Both the position numbers and the translations under genes were made by a program. From Azolla caroliniana (taxonomy: Eukaryota; Plantae; Polypodiophyta), in NCBI GenBank assembly GCA_043228905.1, contig JBHGNT010000022.1:8122001-8186000 (forward strand): a stretch of 64,000 nt of DNA, given 5' to 3'. Below the pieces are notes generated by a model that was not told the DNA's origin, did not search any database, and worked only from the letters and a program-made list of their open reading frames with translations. Below are positions 36,501 through 49,401 of this stretch, piece by piece (positions within the stretch are counted from its first letter, which is position 1; each line of letters opens with the position of its first letter).

Positions 36501-39335
36501 GTTCATGCGCAAAGAGAAGGGGAAGAGGAAGATGTCGGAATTCGAAACCGGCAACGATGAGTCGGATCAGTGCATATCCGACTCCGGAAAGGAGAAAGGC
36601 GGATCTTCGGCAACGAAGACCGAACTGGCCAAGAAGGGCCTCAAATCAGGTGACGGTGCGTTGCGCCGATCAACCCGCCAGAAGGATCCCGTCATGCGGT
36701 ACAGGTACAATGAATACATGGCGCATCATTATGTGTACATGACTAAAGTGACAGAAGTGCGTGAGCTGGAGAGCTACGCAGAAGCGGCAAAGGGCGCAAA
36801 TTGGCGTGATGCTATGGACGAAGAAATGCGGGCACTCGATGCCAACGAAACTTGGGACCTAGTTGATCCTCCCCGTCACTGTAAACCGATCGGATGCAAG
36901 TGGGTGTACAAGGTCAAGTACAATGTTGACGGTTCTGTTAACCGGTACAAAGCCCGGTTAGTGGCGAAGGGATACGCGCAGACCCACGGAATCGACTACG
37001 ACGAGACCTTCGCTCCTGTGGCGAAGATGACGACGGTTCGTGTGGTACTGGCGGTTGCTGCGGCAAGGGGGTGGCATCTTCACCAGATGGATGTGAAGAA
37101 GGCCTTCCTTCAAGGAGAGCTTGAAGAAGAAGTCTTTATGACTCAACCCCCCGGATTTCAATTAGAGATGAACAAGTCGGCGGTATGCCGACTGAAGAAG
37201 TCGCTTTACGGCTTGAAGCAAGCCCCCCGAGCTTGGAACGCGAAGATCACGCACCGGTTCCGTAAGCTGGGGTTTGTTGTCTCTAAGTCGGACTCTTCGT
37301 TGTTCATCCGGCAAGGCTCTGACAGTCTGGTATGTATACTCTTGTATGTGGATGATTTAGTCATCACCGGACCAGGTCTTCCCGAAATCAACCGCGTCAA
37401 GTCCAAGGTGTCGGACGCATTCGAAATGAAGGACCTGGGGGACCTTCATTATTTTCTTGAGATCGAAGTGATCCGGACCCCCGACGGCATATTGCTCTCA
37501 CAACGACATTACGTGTTGAATATGTTGTATAAGTTTGGCATGGCGGATTGCCGACCTGTCTCCACACCCCTGGACCGGAACCAGAAGCTCCGTCCCAACT
37601 CCGGACCGGCCTACAATGAGAAACGGTTCCGACAGGTTGTCGGAAGCCTGATCTACTTAACCATCAGCCGACCCGACATCAGCTATCCGGTCGGCATGGT
37701 AAGTCAGTTCATGCAGAAGCCGACCGTGGAGCACCTTCAGTGCGTGCAACGAATATTACGGTATGTCAGCGGCACTAAGGACCGGGGACTGCTATACCGG
37801 CGAGGTATACCCGAAGAGCTTGTCGGTTACACAGATGCTAACTGGGCCGGCGATGCGTCAGATCGCCGCTCCACTTCCGGATACATGTTCTCCATAGGTA
37901 GCGCAGCCGTTGCGTGGAGCAGCAAGAAGCAGCCCACAGTGGCTTTGTCAAGCACTGAGGCTGAGTATCGGGCTGCTACCGTTGCCACTTGTGAAGCCAT
38001 CTGGCTTCGGCGACTGCTGCGAGACTTGCGGATCGAGGTACCGACCCCGATCCCGATTTACTGCGATAACATGAGCAGCCTGCAGCTCTCCAGGAACCCT
38101 GTGTTCCATGCTCGCACAAAGCACATCGAGGTGCACTACCACTTCGTGCGTGAGCGAGTCCTGAGAGGTGAAGTTGACCTACGGTATGTTCATACGGATC
38201 GGCAAGTTGCCGACATCTTCACCAAGCCGCTCGGATCGGACAAGTTGCAGCACTTTACCGACATGCTTGGTATTCAGCATCTCGACGTGCCGCACTTGAG
38301 GGGGAGAAACAAGGGCAAAGTCGACACATTCGAACAGGTCGGAGCAAGCGGCTGTGAAGAAGAGTTGTGCACTCAGGAAGAGAAGTGCATGTTGTGCGGA
38401 GGTCATCACGACAGTACTAACCATGATGCGGAGTCGAATGAAGAATTCGATTTCGGTTCACCGGCTGAAGAAGCCGAGGGAAGCATGGAGAAGGCCAAGA
38501 CTCGGAAGTGGTCTGATGTGGTGAGAGGCCTGAAGCCGGAAGTCGAATCGGAGTGTACCGATTCGGACAAGAGCTGGAACGAGTCGGAGATAGCTAACTC
38601 GGATCAACAGATGGATCCGGATGAGTCGGATCGACTGAAGGCCAAGGGGACACGGACACAGCGGAAGTCGATGCCATCGTGGGAGAACTGACGGATCGAC
38701 AAGCGCCGGAGTCACAACAACGTGAGTGCTGAATGGGCCTATTGAGCAGACATGCCAACCGAGAGGGTCAAGGCGCGCAGAACCAAAGGGGTCGCGGCAA
38801 ACGGGACCGGACCGGACGAGGAGCGCAAGCAAGGCGGAGTGACGCCAGGAGAAGTCGGTTGGAAGAACCGACTGTCACAGAGGTCGACACTACAACCCCA
38901 CCTCAGGTTGAGCTTGAGGGGGGGAGTTTTGAGCGGCAAGCTCAACCGGAGCCGGATCAGCTGAATAAGCCGGAGCCGGTAAGCGAGACGGATCGGGCGA
39001 AACGGATCGGTATGACGGTGAGCAACCGAACCGGCAAGCAGTGGAGGCCGGGTGCAATCCGTAACCGGAAGTCCAATCGGAAGCCTAGTATAGGATAGAC
39101 TACTAGGTAGCTATAGTCTCGTAGTAAGTGTCAGATGCTCGTGTGAGCATTGAAGTACATGGTACTTCTGTCAGTCCCAAGAGGACTTGTATAAATAGTG
39201 CTACTTAGCACAGTGTGTGCATAGAGTCTTGATATAATTTTGAAATTGTGTTCTGCTCTCTCTCTGTCTCTCTGTCTCTCTCTCTCTCTCTCTGTTGTTC
39301 TCTGTTTTACGTTTCCGCAAACACTTATGTTTACA
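33511..39335 (+). mobile_element. Near-intact Ty1/copia LTR retrotransposon
   Basis: LTRs 33511-33902 and 38927-39335, TSD ATTCT, PBS TGGTATCGGAGC, PPT GAGGGGGGGAG. Confidence 0.96.
33997..38691 (+). pseudogene. Copia gag-pol polyprotein (gag, zinc knuckle, PR, IN, RT, RNase H, C-terminal extension) with a single in-frame TAG at 35422-35424
   Basis: ORFs 33997-35424 and 35485-38691 share one frame. Motifs CWYCGKKGHTKSEC, WYVDSGASNH, PEQNGVAER, LYVDDL, ADIFTKPL. Confidence 0.93.
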
Positions 39336-39705
39336 ATTCTCTTGAAGAATATAGTTCTACCAATGCACCATCGCCTTTTTCTCAAATTTCAGCCATCGCA
39401 TTGCAACAATTGCACCAAGTGGGAGGCAAGGAGGACCTTTTCTTATTTGCAGTATCAGTAACACCTTCTAGTGCCACTCAAGGGAATTCAGACATCCAAA
39501 TTCCCTAAACATATCAAGACTATGTTGATGTTTTCGACAAAGTCAAAGCTAGTATTCTTCCAAAGCATCGATCGTACGACTGTCCTATTGATCTCCAACT
39601 ATGGGGTCCAATTTACAATTTATCGCCCATTGAGCTTGAGGTTCTTCAAGAATACATCGAGGAAAATCTTGCACATGGGTTTATTCGACATTCAAAGTCT
39701 CCAGC

Positions 39706-40160
39706 TCTCACAGACACACCAAGCGCGGACTAGGACGGAGCACAGATGATGGGGCTACGAGCGATGGATGAACTTGGAGCTAGATGTGATGAGGCTAGGA
39801 ACTCTAGATGTTGTGAGCAACATGAGGGCATGAAGACATAGCTAAAGATCAAGGAGACAAAGATGAGGTGAAATAAGAATACTAGATTGATGTGTCAATG
39901 ACTGGTGTTGAATCCCTTAAAAGGGACCAAGAAGGTTACAAGTATTTATACTGTGAGTTGAAGTACATGCATTAGAATATTCTTGAGAATATTTTGGAGA
40001 ATATTCTAGAACCTTCTAGTTCTAGAACTTTCCAAAAATTCATAGGATGTGAATAGATAATCTATGAAGATATACATAACATGATTATGTACTTGGATGT
40101 GTTGGTTACATATAACACTTGACTATAATATAAGAGTTCAAGAGTTCAAATCTTGAAATA
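39706..40160 (-). mobile_element. Inverted gypsy-type LTR fragment
   Basis: TCTAGA-rich U3 and TATAAATA on the minus strand, the same organisation as the LTRs at 28086 and 31183. Confidence 0.55.
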
Positions 40161-43100
40161 TAACCGGTCCTCTTCTGCCGGTAGTAGAAAGCCACCCCCA
40201 CCGATGTTGAGCTCCCGTAGCATTATGTCGGTGAACGTGTGCCCTATGCTGGCCGGATCTCGTAAACTTGGGTCCAACGCGACCCCCTTTATCCGTAACT
40301 CGTTGCCCTCTAGCAAGGCTGTTGTGACTGACCTCACCTTCTGGTCCACAGTCTTGTACTTTGTATCTACTCGGGCCGTCCGATCTGTCTCGAGCCCATT
40401 ACCAAAGTCGGCGATGACTTCGTACATCTTTACCAAACATACCAGAATCGTCCGGTCCTCATTAAGGCCTTGTCCGAACACCTCCCGTAACTTCCCCAAG
40501 GTGTCATCGAAAGAGACCGCCTCCACGGCTCCGTTGATTTCCTCTTCAGGGCCGAGGACTCCGCATGCCCGAAGTCGCTCCTCCGCCCGCTTCTTTCCCC
40601 GGCCAACTACGCCGGCTATTATACAGCCTTCGCTATTGGAGAACCAAAATTTCCTACCTATGGTATAGGTCTTTTTGCCTATAGTACATCTGTGGGGTTT
40701 TTTCGAGGTGTGGGGACTATCGCGGCCCCATGCCTTGATAGCCCTCTCTAAAAATCCTCTCAATTTTCGCCACCAAGGGTCTCGCGGTTATGCTCATGGT
40801 TCAGTCACACCGTCAAGAACTGGACCGAGTGACGCCCGTCCTGGCTCTTGAACTGTGCATATGCCGAACCATTGTCCAACACCTTTGTCTCCATCCGTGC
40901 CACCGTGATGTACGGTTCCCCGAGTATAATCGGATGCGAGGACGTCTCCTGCATGAAGAAGTGTTGATCGAACCCGACATCGCCGATTTTCACTCGTACA
41001 TTCAGGCAGGCTCTATGTAGCTCTTCCGTGGCGCGCGTTGCTGCCCGTATTTTCCACCCGTGCTTGGTGTTGATCGGCCACTTCCCCTTCTTGTAGAAGT
41101 TCATGGACATCAAGTTGATTTCTGAACCGTGGTCCACCAACGCCACCACCGACTCCTGAACATCTCCGATCCTAACGGGGGTCTCCGTGGTTGCTCTGAC
41201 CCAATGTGGCCTTGAATAGTGTCTCTCCTCCAACTTGTCTTCTAGAGCCATGTCTTCTTGGTGCGTCGTTCGTACCTCCGCCAGCTTCTCCGGCTCCGGC
41301 TCTGTCGAAAGCCCTTTCCACTTCACCAAGTCCACGATGGAGTTGTGGAACTCCTTCTTGGCGATTCCGAGCACTTCCCTCAGTGATAGCTCCACTTTGC
41401 TATCGAGGATACGTTCCTCGAGGACCTTTTGCAGGTCCGTAGTCCTCTCTATCTCTGTGCTCAATTGGTACCTGGCCGTCTTGGCTTTATCCGGTGCGCC
41501 GATCCCACCGGCATCATTCTGCTTTTGCCCGAACCGGGTCTCATACCGTTGTGAGGGTCCAGCCCCTCCGGTCTTACCCGCATGCTTGTCCTCCACCGGA
41601 GCCTCATAGTTTTGGCAAGCGGCTTCAACGAAGCCTCTCTTCTCTTTGACCGGGTCACTCCACCCGGTTGCCTCCCGGACCCGTCTTTCTGTGTGGTTTG
41701 CTTCCTCTTTCCTTAGCCGTATGCTGGCAAGGCCTTCTAGCATCAACGGCCAGAATCCGGCTTCCTTCATCTTCCGGACTTGATCACTTCTGACCCGGAT
41801 TCCAGTCGGCGCCGAGTAGTGGACGATCTCCGCGTGGCGAGCCGCCGCTTCTTCCATCAGCCGTTTCATACCCCCTCGTCTGACATTCAGATCTAGGGCC
41901 CTTTGGATCTCGCTAGCGTGCACCCAACCGTTCCATACGTACACCACGTTAGCTCTTACCGCTTCGACGAAGTCCCCGCAGTCCTTACAGGCGGGGCCGA
42001 GGCCTTCGGTCATGGACATGTTCGCCGCCGTCCCTCCATGCTTGTGCAATCTGGAGGTCCCTCACCATCTAAGTTAGCTCCTCCAGAGCCGCTCCTCCGG
42101 ATGAGCCTTTGACCATGCCGGTCGAAGTCGAGCCCGTCTCGAGCCAGTCTCAGGTCTCTTCCCTTCGCGTTGGTGGGGGTACCTCGACCATTCTTGTCGC
42201 AACAGAACCCACCCCCATCAAGCCTTTATCGACCCACTCATGCCGTTTGTCAAAACGACCGCAGACTCTCTTTACCACGGCCCAGTCGGTTGTTAGGCCG
42301 TCATCGGTCTCCAGCAGGAAGCCCACTTTGCTCCCAGTTCCTTGCGTCCACCAATTTAACGAACAATAGGACACGACTTGTATCTAGTATGGTCCGGTCC
42401 AGCGCTGAAAGACATGCGAAGCATTCTTCAAACTCCCAAAGGAGCACTGACGCGTTTCTCCCCTTTTCGGGGGTCTCCACCCATTCCATGAAGTCCCGCT
42501 TCGATAGCCGAAGCACGGCATCAAGCCCGTATTTTTCATGGAGCCAACCTTCAAATTCTTCCCAGGTCCGACTCTTAGCCCGTACCTCAAGCACCTCCAC
42601 CTGGATGCCCGCCATCGCCACCCGAGGAAATCCGGTCAGTCGCCTGTCCTCCGGGATGTCCCTCATCACCATTTCGGCTCAATAAGCCTCCAAATAGCTC
42701 ATGGCGTCCTTCCCACCGAACCGGCCTACCGTGCCGACGACAGCTTCAATAGCCCTATCGAGGGCGCTTGTGCCTTCGTGCGCACTCACTATCCGATCCA
42801 CAACCGAAGCCATGGCTTCTGCAAGATCCGACCCTCTCATCTTTCTATTCCTCTGCCGCCTGTTCACGTGGAGTCCACCAAATATGTCGCGTTGTTACGC
42901 GCGTGCGTGGAGAACGAGGCAGGACCGCGGGGGCCTTGGATCGAGAAATAACCGAATGGGAAGAGGGGAAGGAAACTACCAATGTACCCTGCACGTGCAC
43001 AGACACACAGATTCACAGGAGTTGCAATTAACTCCGAACAATGGAGACAGAATGAATGTATGTGTATATATATATCAAGGGGGTTACAACCGGCAAGCCG

Positions 43101-43551
43101 GCGAGTGATAAGCTCCAACACCTGCACGCACACACACACAGAACGTGAGACGGAGACTCTGCCGGAAGCACTCGGGCATTTCGCGGAGCAGAGTCAGCCT
43201 CCCGAAAACCTGCACAAAATGACTATGGAGAAGACAAAGGAGAAGAACTCGGTTCAAGTCCGGCAGCACTTCGTCCTCCTCAATATGCGATCCCTTTTTC
43301 AATACCTCTCCCTCCCCTTTATAGCCCAAGGAGGGAGGCCGTTACCACCCGTTACATCATGTTTATTCCCTATCCTTTCGGACAGGGATACGCCTCGATT
43401 TTCTCCCTACGGAATGTGTGCTACCTAGAATTTTACCTCTGTCAACTTGTACCTATCTATGTACTATACAACAAAACTTGTGCCCACGTGTAAGGGCCGG
43501 TTTACGCACATTATACCCGGTTTCCGCCTAGGGACGGTTTTCTCCACGACA
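40160..43551 (-). mobile_element. 5' half of a Ty3/gypsy element (LTR, gag, protease) inserted in the chromovirus integrase
   Basis: 667-bp LTR 42885-43551 (TGTCG...CGACA), PBS-like TGGTGGACTC, ORFs 42301-42672, 40805-42049 (ALVDHGSEINL, IILGEPY) and 40146-40763. Confidence 0.85.
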
Positions 43552-46500
43552 GCGCCAAAATATCCAGGCATCATCCTTATGGCTTACTACAACCATTACC
43601 ACCTCCTAGCAAGCCATGGCAGTCTATTTCTATGGATTTCATTACGGATCTGCCACCTTCCAAAGGCTTTGATAGTATTTTAATAGTAGTGGATCAGTTC
43701 ACAAAGATGGCACATTTTGTACTGTGTGTAAAGACTATTAGTAGTGAAGAAACTACAGATCTCACTATGTGTGAGGTGTTTCTCCATCACGGTCTCCCAA
43801 ATGATATTATTAGCGATCGAGGTCCTCAATTTATCTCACACTTTTGGAAGCACCTATGGGCAGGCCTCAAAATCTCCCGCAAACTCTCTTCGGCTTATCA
43901 TCCACAAACTGACAGACAAACAAAGCACGCAAATCAAACACACGAGTAGTATCTTCAATGCTTCATCAGTTTTATCAACAAGATGATTGGAGCAATATTT
44001 TACATCTTGCCGAGTTTGCATACAACAACACGGTACACTCTTCTACCAGAGTTACACCTTTCTTTGTCTACACTAGCAACCACCCTCGACGGTATATCCT
44101 GGATATCCTTGAGGTGTCACGAAACCCTAGTGTGGCACATCACCTCCACCGATTACAACAAATCCAGTTTGAGTTATATCTTCACATCTTCAAAAAGCGC
44201 AAGCACACCATAAGACCAATGCCGATCACCATCGTCTTAAGTCTCCTTTTAAGGTTGGTGACCGAGTATGGTTCCTTCATCGTCACATCAAGACTACCCG
44301 CCCGCATGCTAAGCTCGATTATCAACGAGTAGGTCCTTTTGTCATCACAATGCGGATTAATGATGCAACATTTCGTCTTAACCTTCCTACACATATGTGA
44401 CTTCACCCAGTCTTTCATAGCTCTCTTTTGGAACCTTGCCGCACCTCTTTAATTCCTAATCATGTTGTACCACCACTGCCTTCTATCCAACTAGTTGGCG
44501 GCCCCGAATACGAGGTAGCTGCTATTCTCGATTCTAAGATCGTGCACAATAAGCTTTATTATCTAGTTGATTGGCTTGGCTATCCTCTAAGTGATCGCAC
44601 TTGGGAACCTGTCGATAACATTTGTAATGCTCAAGCTCTTATCGACGACTTCCATCACCACTATCCAAACAAACTCGGCCCTACAATGTTAACGCCGACT
44701 TCCACTCAGCGTTCTCGAAGGAGGGATAGTGTCATGAACACATGACCATTATGGCGGAACGGAAATGGGCAGAAAATGAAGATAACAAGAAGAGGGAGCT
44801 CAGAAGCGTTAAAAAGAGGGAGACAAAAAGTCCAAAAATGGTAAGCCCTGACATTGAAAAAGGTAAGGATAAGATGAGTTCCTTGTTCAAATTATTATCT
44901 AATATTGAAGCTTCAATTGATTTAAAAAAAGTATTGGAAGAAAGAATTTTAGATAGCAAAGTGGAACTTTCCTTGAGGGAACTTTTGGGCAAAGGTAAAA
45001 AAGAATTTCATGATGCAATAATAGATGGAATTAAAAGAAAACGACAAAGTATTGAAGCCACCGAAAACCCAGGAAGTGAAGTAAAGAAAGCAACGGTGGA
45101 AGCCCTCAAAGGTGAACCAAGCTCTTCCATTGTTGGTACACAAGATATTGCGACAACAAATTTTGAAGAGAAGTCGAAAGAGCTAAAAAGCTACTATGCT
45201 AGGAAACATTGGGCAAGAGCAACAACTGAGACACCCGTGAAGATTGAAAACCTTGAAGATCCGGTTGTCGCCTTAATTGACTATGGCTAAGAAATTAATC
45301 TAATTTCTTATGATATTTATAGGAAAGGCAGATGGCCAATGGAAACAAATCATGGGTGGAGGGTAAAATCGGCTAATTCAACGACCAAGCAACTTCATGG
45401 AGCTTGCCCAAACATCAAAGTCACCATTGGAGATGTGCTAATGGAGCAACATTTCTTTATCCAAAAGACCTCATCATACCTAGTGATTCTTGGTCAACCA
45501 TACAACACATCTTCTAGGATGGAGATGAAGGTGCTTGAAGATGGTTCGGCATACGCTAGGATTCGAAGTACAGATGGTAAAAGAAGTGTTCAATTTCTTA
45601 CTGTTAGGCAGGAGCAGGATAGAAATAAAGAAGAATTACGAATTAACTCATGTGAGCATGATATGTCATCTTATGAGTCAGATTTTTAAATAGGATTATT
45701 GATGGCCAGGGACACAATGGTCCCAAAGCTTTTCTTTCCTTGTAGAAATGTTTTCCAATTAATATAACAATCAATACTTTGTCTAATACAATGGATGGAT
45801 TTACCTGTTACTTTGGTGTGGAAAGTCATGCACAAAATAAAGGGAGCAGGAAGATGTTGGATGCATTGTGCACTTCAGGGATGATTGAAAGGGATGACAT
45901 AATTTCTGGTATGTTTCTTGAATATTCAGATGTGGATACAGTCAAAATATTAGAAAATTTCTTGAATGAGAAAGAATGCGACAAGAGATTTGTTCATGTA
46001 AATTCTATTGATATGTATCTTCATATTGCTGATTTTATTGAAAAAAATGGTTGTATAGCTAATAGTGAAATAGTTGGCAATAACTATCATGAAATGGCTA
46101 AAAAAGCAAGTAAAAATAACTATGCAATAAAAGTTAACACTAAATATAAAACAATAGACAAAAGGTCAAGCCCGTGGCCATGTATCTACCTATGGATAGT
46201 ACTAAAATGAAAAAGAATGTCACCTTGAGCCAACATTGCGGGATTCTAAGGATATTGGTCATAAGTTTACAAATGCTACTCTAGATCAACTAAAAATTGG
46301 TGAGAATGATTTTCTTTTTCCTGTTGAGATACAATGTTTTCGAAATATGATTGCTAGTCATGGGAAAGCATTTGCATTTGAGTCGAGTGAAATTGGTTGT
46401 GTAGACCCAACAACTGTGGAACCAATGGTTATATTTACAGTTCCGCATATTTCTTGGAATTTAAGGCCTATCCCTGTTCCTCGGGCCCAAATACTGCAAG

Positions 46501-47489
46501 TAATAGATTTTCTTAAGGAAAAAATAGAAATGGGTATCTTGGAGCCATCAGACGCCCCTACTCGAATAAGTGGTTTATTTTACCTAAAAAGAACGGTTCA
46601 TTAAGGTTCATTCAGGATTTACAGCTTGTCAATAGAATTACTATTCGAAACGTCGGTGTTGGACCAATTGTAGATGCCTTTGCAAAAGCTTTTGTAGGAA
46701 GAGCTATATAATCTATGTGTGATTTGTATTCAGGATATGATCAATTTCAGCTTGCTATTGATAGTCATGATATAACTACTATAAGAACACCAATTGGATT
46801 GATGCGAATGTGCACATTGCCTCAACGTGCTACAAATTCTGTAGCACATATGGTGAATGCTATGAATAAAATTTTAAGAGATTTTGTGCCAAAAATAACT
46901 ATGCCTTTTCTTGATGATGTTCTAATTAAGAAAAACTCATGTTGAACGGATGTAGAAAGTTTGTTGCAGACCACATTGATGCTTGTGAAAGAATCCTTTG
47001 AAGGTTAGAAGAGGTTCATCTTACATTTTCAGGTCAAAAATCTATGTTTCGGGTTCCCGAAGTTTTGATTGTAGGGCACATGTGTGGACCCTACGGAAGA
47101 AAGCCATCCCCAATTAAGGTAAATGTAATTCAAAATCTAAAGGATGATTGTAAATCTCTAACAGAAGTGCCTAGGTTTTTGGGTGCTTGTGTGTTTTATC
47201 GAATTTGAATTCCACATTTCACACATGTGGCTGATCCGCTTTATGGGTTGCTTAAGAAGAATTCAAGTTTCCTTTGGACTAATGTACATACAAATGCAAT
47301 CCGCCAACTAAAGGAAATGTTTTTGAATGCCCTTGTTTTACGGAAGGCTAGGTATGATAGTGAACACCCCATCATTGTTACTATGGATACAAGTCCAATC
47401 TGGATCGGTTGGGCTGTTAGCCAAGAAGAGAAGGATGGGTTGAGATACGCAGTTCGATTTGGTGCAAAAATCTTAATAGAATGCCAAAG

Positions 47490-47786
47490 GGGTGAAAGCA
47501 TGCGAATGGAAACACTATTATAGCTATTTAGTTGCTAAAATGACCACAGCTAAATAGTTTTTTTTATAGCTAACTTTTAGTTGGAAGATCTTAAAGATAC
47601 GTATCATTTATTATGGAGATGGAAATATTACCATTTATGGTCCACCGTTTAGCTAGTCTTTTTTTGAGATCAAATTCTAATCATCCCTAAATTTGCCAAA
47701 ATATACGGATTACATGTAGCTTTTTAGATAGCTAATTAGTTATGTCAAGGACATACCTAATTGTTCCCATTCCCATGCTTTCACCC
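47490..47786. mobile_element. MITE (297 bp) with GGG termini and 4-bp TSD
   Basis: TIR GGGTGAAAGCATG(C/G)GAATGG(A/G)AACA, TSD AAAG. Removing the element and one TSD restores the gypsy frame LIECQRAYPQIKRELWG. Confidence 0.9.
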
Positions 47787-49090
47787 AAAGAGCTTACCCG
47801 CAAATTAAAAGAGAGTTATGGGGTATGTTAACAACTATTAAAACAGATCGTGGATACTTAATTGGTGTTGTTGTGGTTGAAACAGATTGTCGTCCATTGT
47901 TAGGAATGATTTCAAGTTGTGAAACATCTGATATAGCTATGCTTAGACGGATAGCTTACATAAAATCACTATGTCTTGAAATCAAGCACATTGCAAGAAT
48001 GGATAACCCAGTTGCCGATATGCTCTCAAGAGCGAGGTTTAAAGGTAAAAATACTATGGTAATGACTGATGAAGAAGGTGAGAGTTTTGATTTCTTTTCC
48101 ATAAATTGTAACTTGAAGGGGTCATGTGATTTGGGTGTTCATGTTATTCTTCGTGAATCTGAGTACGAGGGGGAGATGTTACTAATTGGAAAATACTTGA
48201 GTACTCATGAGAAAGATGGAACATGGTCAACGCAGCTATTTCATAAACTAAGAAAGAAAGCTTATAAATTTTTTCTTCATGAGGGATATCTTTGGAGACA
48301 TCCAAAAGTTGTGAAAGGGATTTCACAAAGAGTGGTTGGAAGAAGGGAAGAGCAACAAAAACTAATATTTGAATTTCATGATACTTTATGGACAGGTCAT
48401 CGTGGAGTTTGGGCCACCCACTCGAAATTAAAAAAGAAGTTTTAGTGGCCTGGAATGTACAATGATGTTGCAGATTATGTACAATCATGTGAGAACTGCC
48501 AAATGTATTCGAATATTCGGCATCGTGATGGGTTTCAACCTACTTATTCTTTATCTCTACATTATAAATGGGTTGTGGATATTGTAATGATGCTTGTGGG
48601 GGTTTGGCAAATGAGATATCTTGTATTGGCAAGAGAAGATTTGACAAATCAAGTGGAAGGCCGAGCCCCACGCCAAAAAACCACTTCAGTTGTTTGTAAG
48701 TTCCTTCTTGAAGATGTGATATGTAGGTACAAGTGCATTGGGAAGATTGTTGCAGACAGAGGAGAACTAGATTCTAATGAAGCTGGACTTTTTTTTCAAG
48801 AATGGGAATTTGATTGTCCTTAACTACAACATATAACCCTGAAGCTAATGGGAAGGCTAAGCGTGGACATAGCCCTATAGTAAAAGCTTTGGTGAAAGCT
48901 TGTGATGGCAAGATAGCTAACTTGCCTTATCTATTACCGTATGCACTATGGGCTGACCGCACTATTCACAATTCCGTAACTGGCTTTATGCCATCAGAAT
49001 TGATACTTGGTCAAAAGCCAATTATGCAAGTGGAGCAATTGGTATTTTCCTAGGTTTCCTTGCCATGGGCAGATGAAATGAGTCGAGAAG

Positions 49091-49401
49091 ATTTGCTTGC
49101 TCTTAAAATAAGACAACTAGAAAGAAGGGATGAAGATGTTCAAATTAGTTACAGAAAGGATGAAACAATGTCGACTACGGAACAAAGAAAGATTTGAGAA
49201 AATCCATCGCCTTCGACCAAGAAAGCTCCAAGAAGGTGATTGGGTCATTTGCTTGCTCTTAAAATAAGACAACTAGAAAGAAGGGATGAAGATGTTCAAA
49301 TAGCTACAGAAAGGATGAAACAATGTCGACTACGGAACAAAGAAAGATTTGATAAAACCCATCGCCTTCGACCAAGAAAGCTCCAAGAAGGTGATTGGGT
49401 C
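49091..49401 (+). repeat. Tandem duplication of about 155 bp inside the gypsy integrase region
   Basis: atttgcttgctcttaaaataagacaac...gaaggtgattgggtc is present twice (starts 49091 and 49247). Confidence 0.9.

Larger units (their letters stand above)
31183..44756 (+). mobile_element. Ty3/gypsy chromovirus, disrupted by nested insertions and a deletion
   Basis: 5' LTR 31183-31611; gag 31688-32851 (LRQG, PTPMEID, LCLYCG); PR ALLDTGA; RT start about 39500-39705; IN from 43552 (SMDFITDLP); chromodomain EYEVAAILD...YLVDWLGY...TWEP; PPT; 3' LTR truncated after 27 bp (44730-44756). Confidence 0.88.

Noticed and set aside
34368-38832. Many overlapping antisense and alternative-frame ORFs
   Set aside because: Expected by chance in GC-rich Copia coding sequence; no independent motifs.
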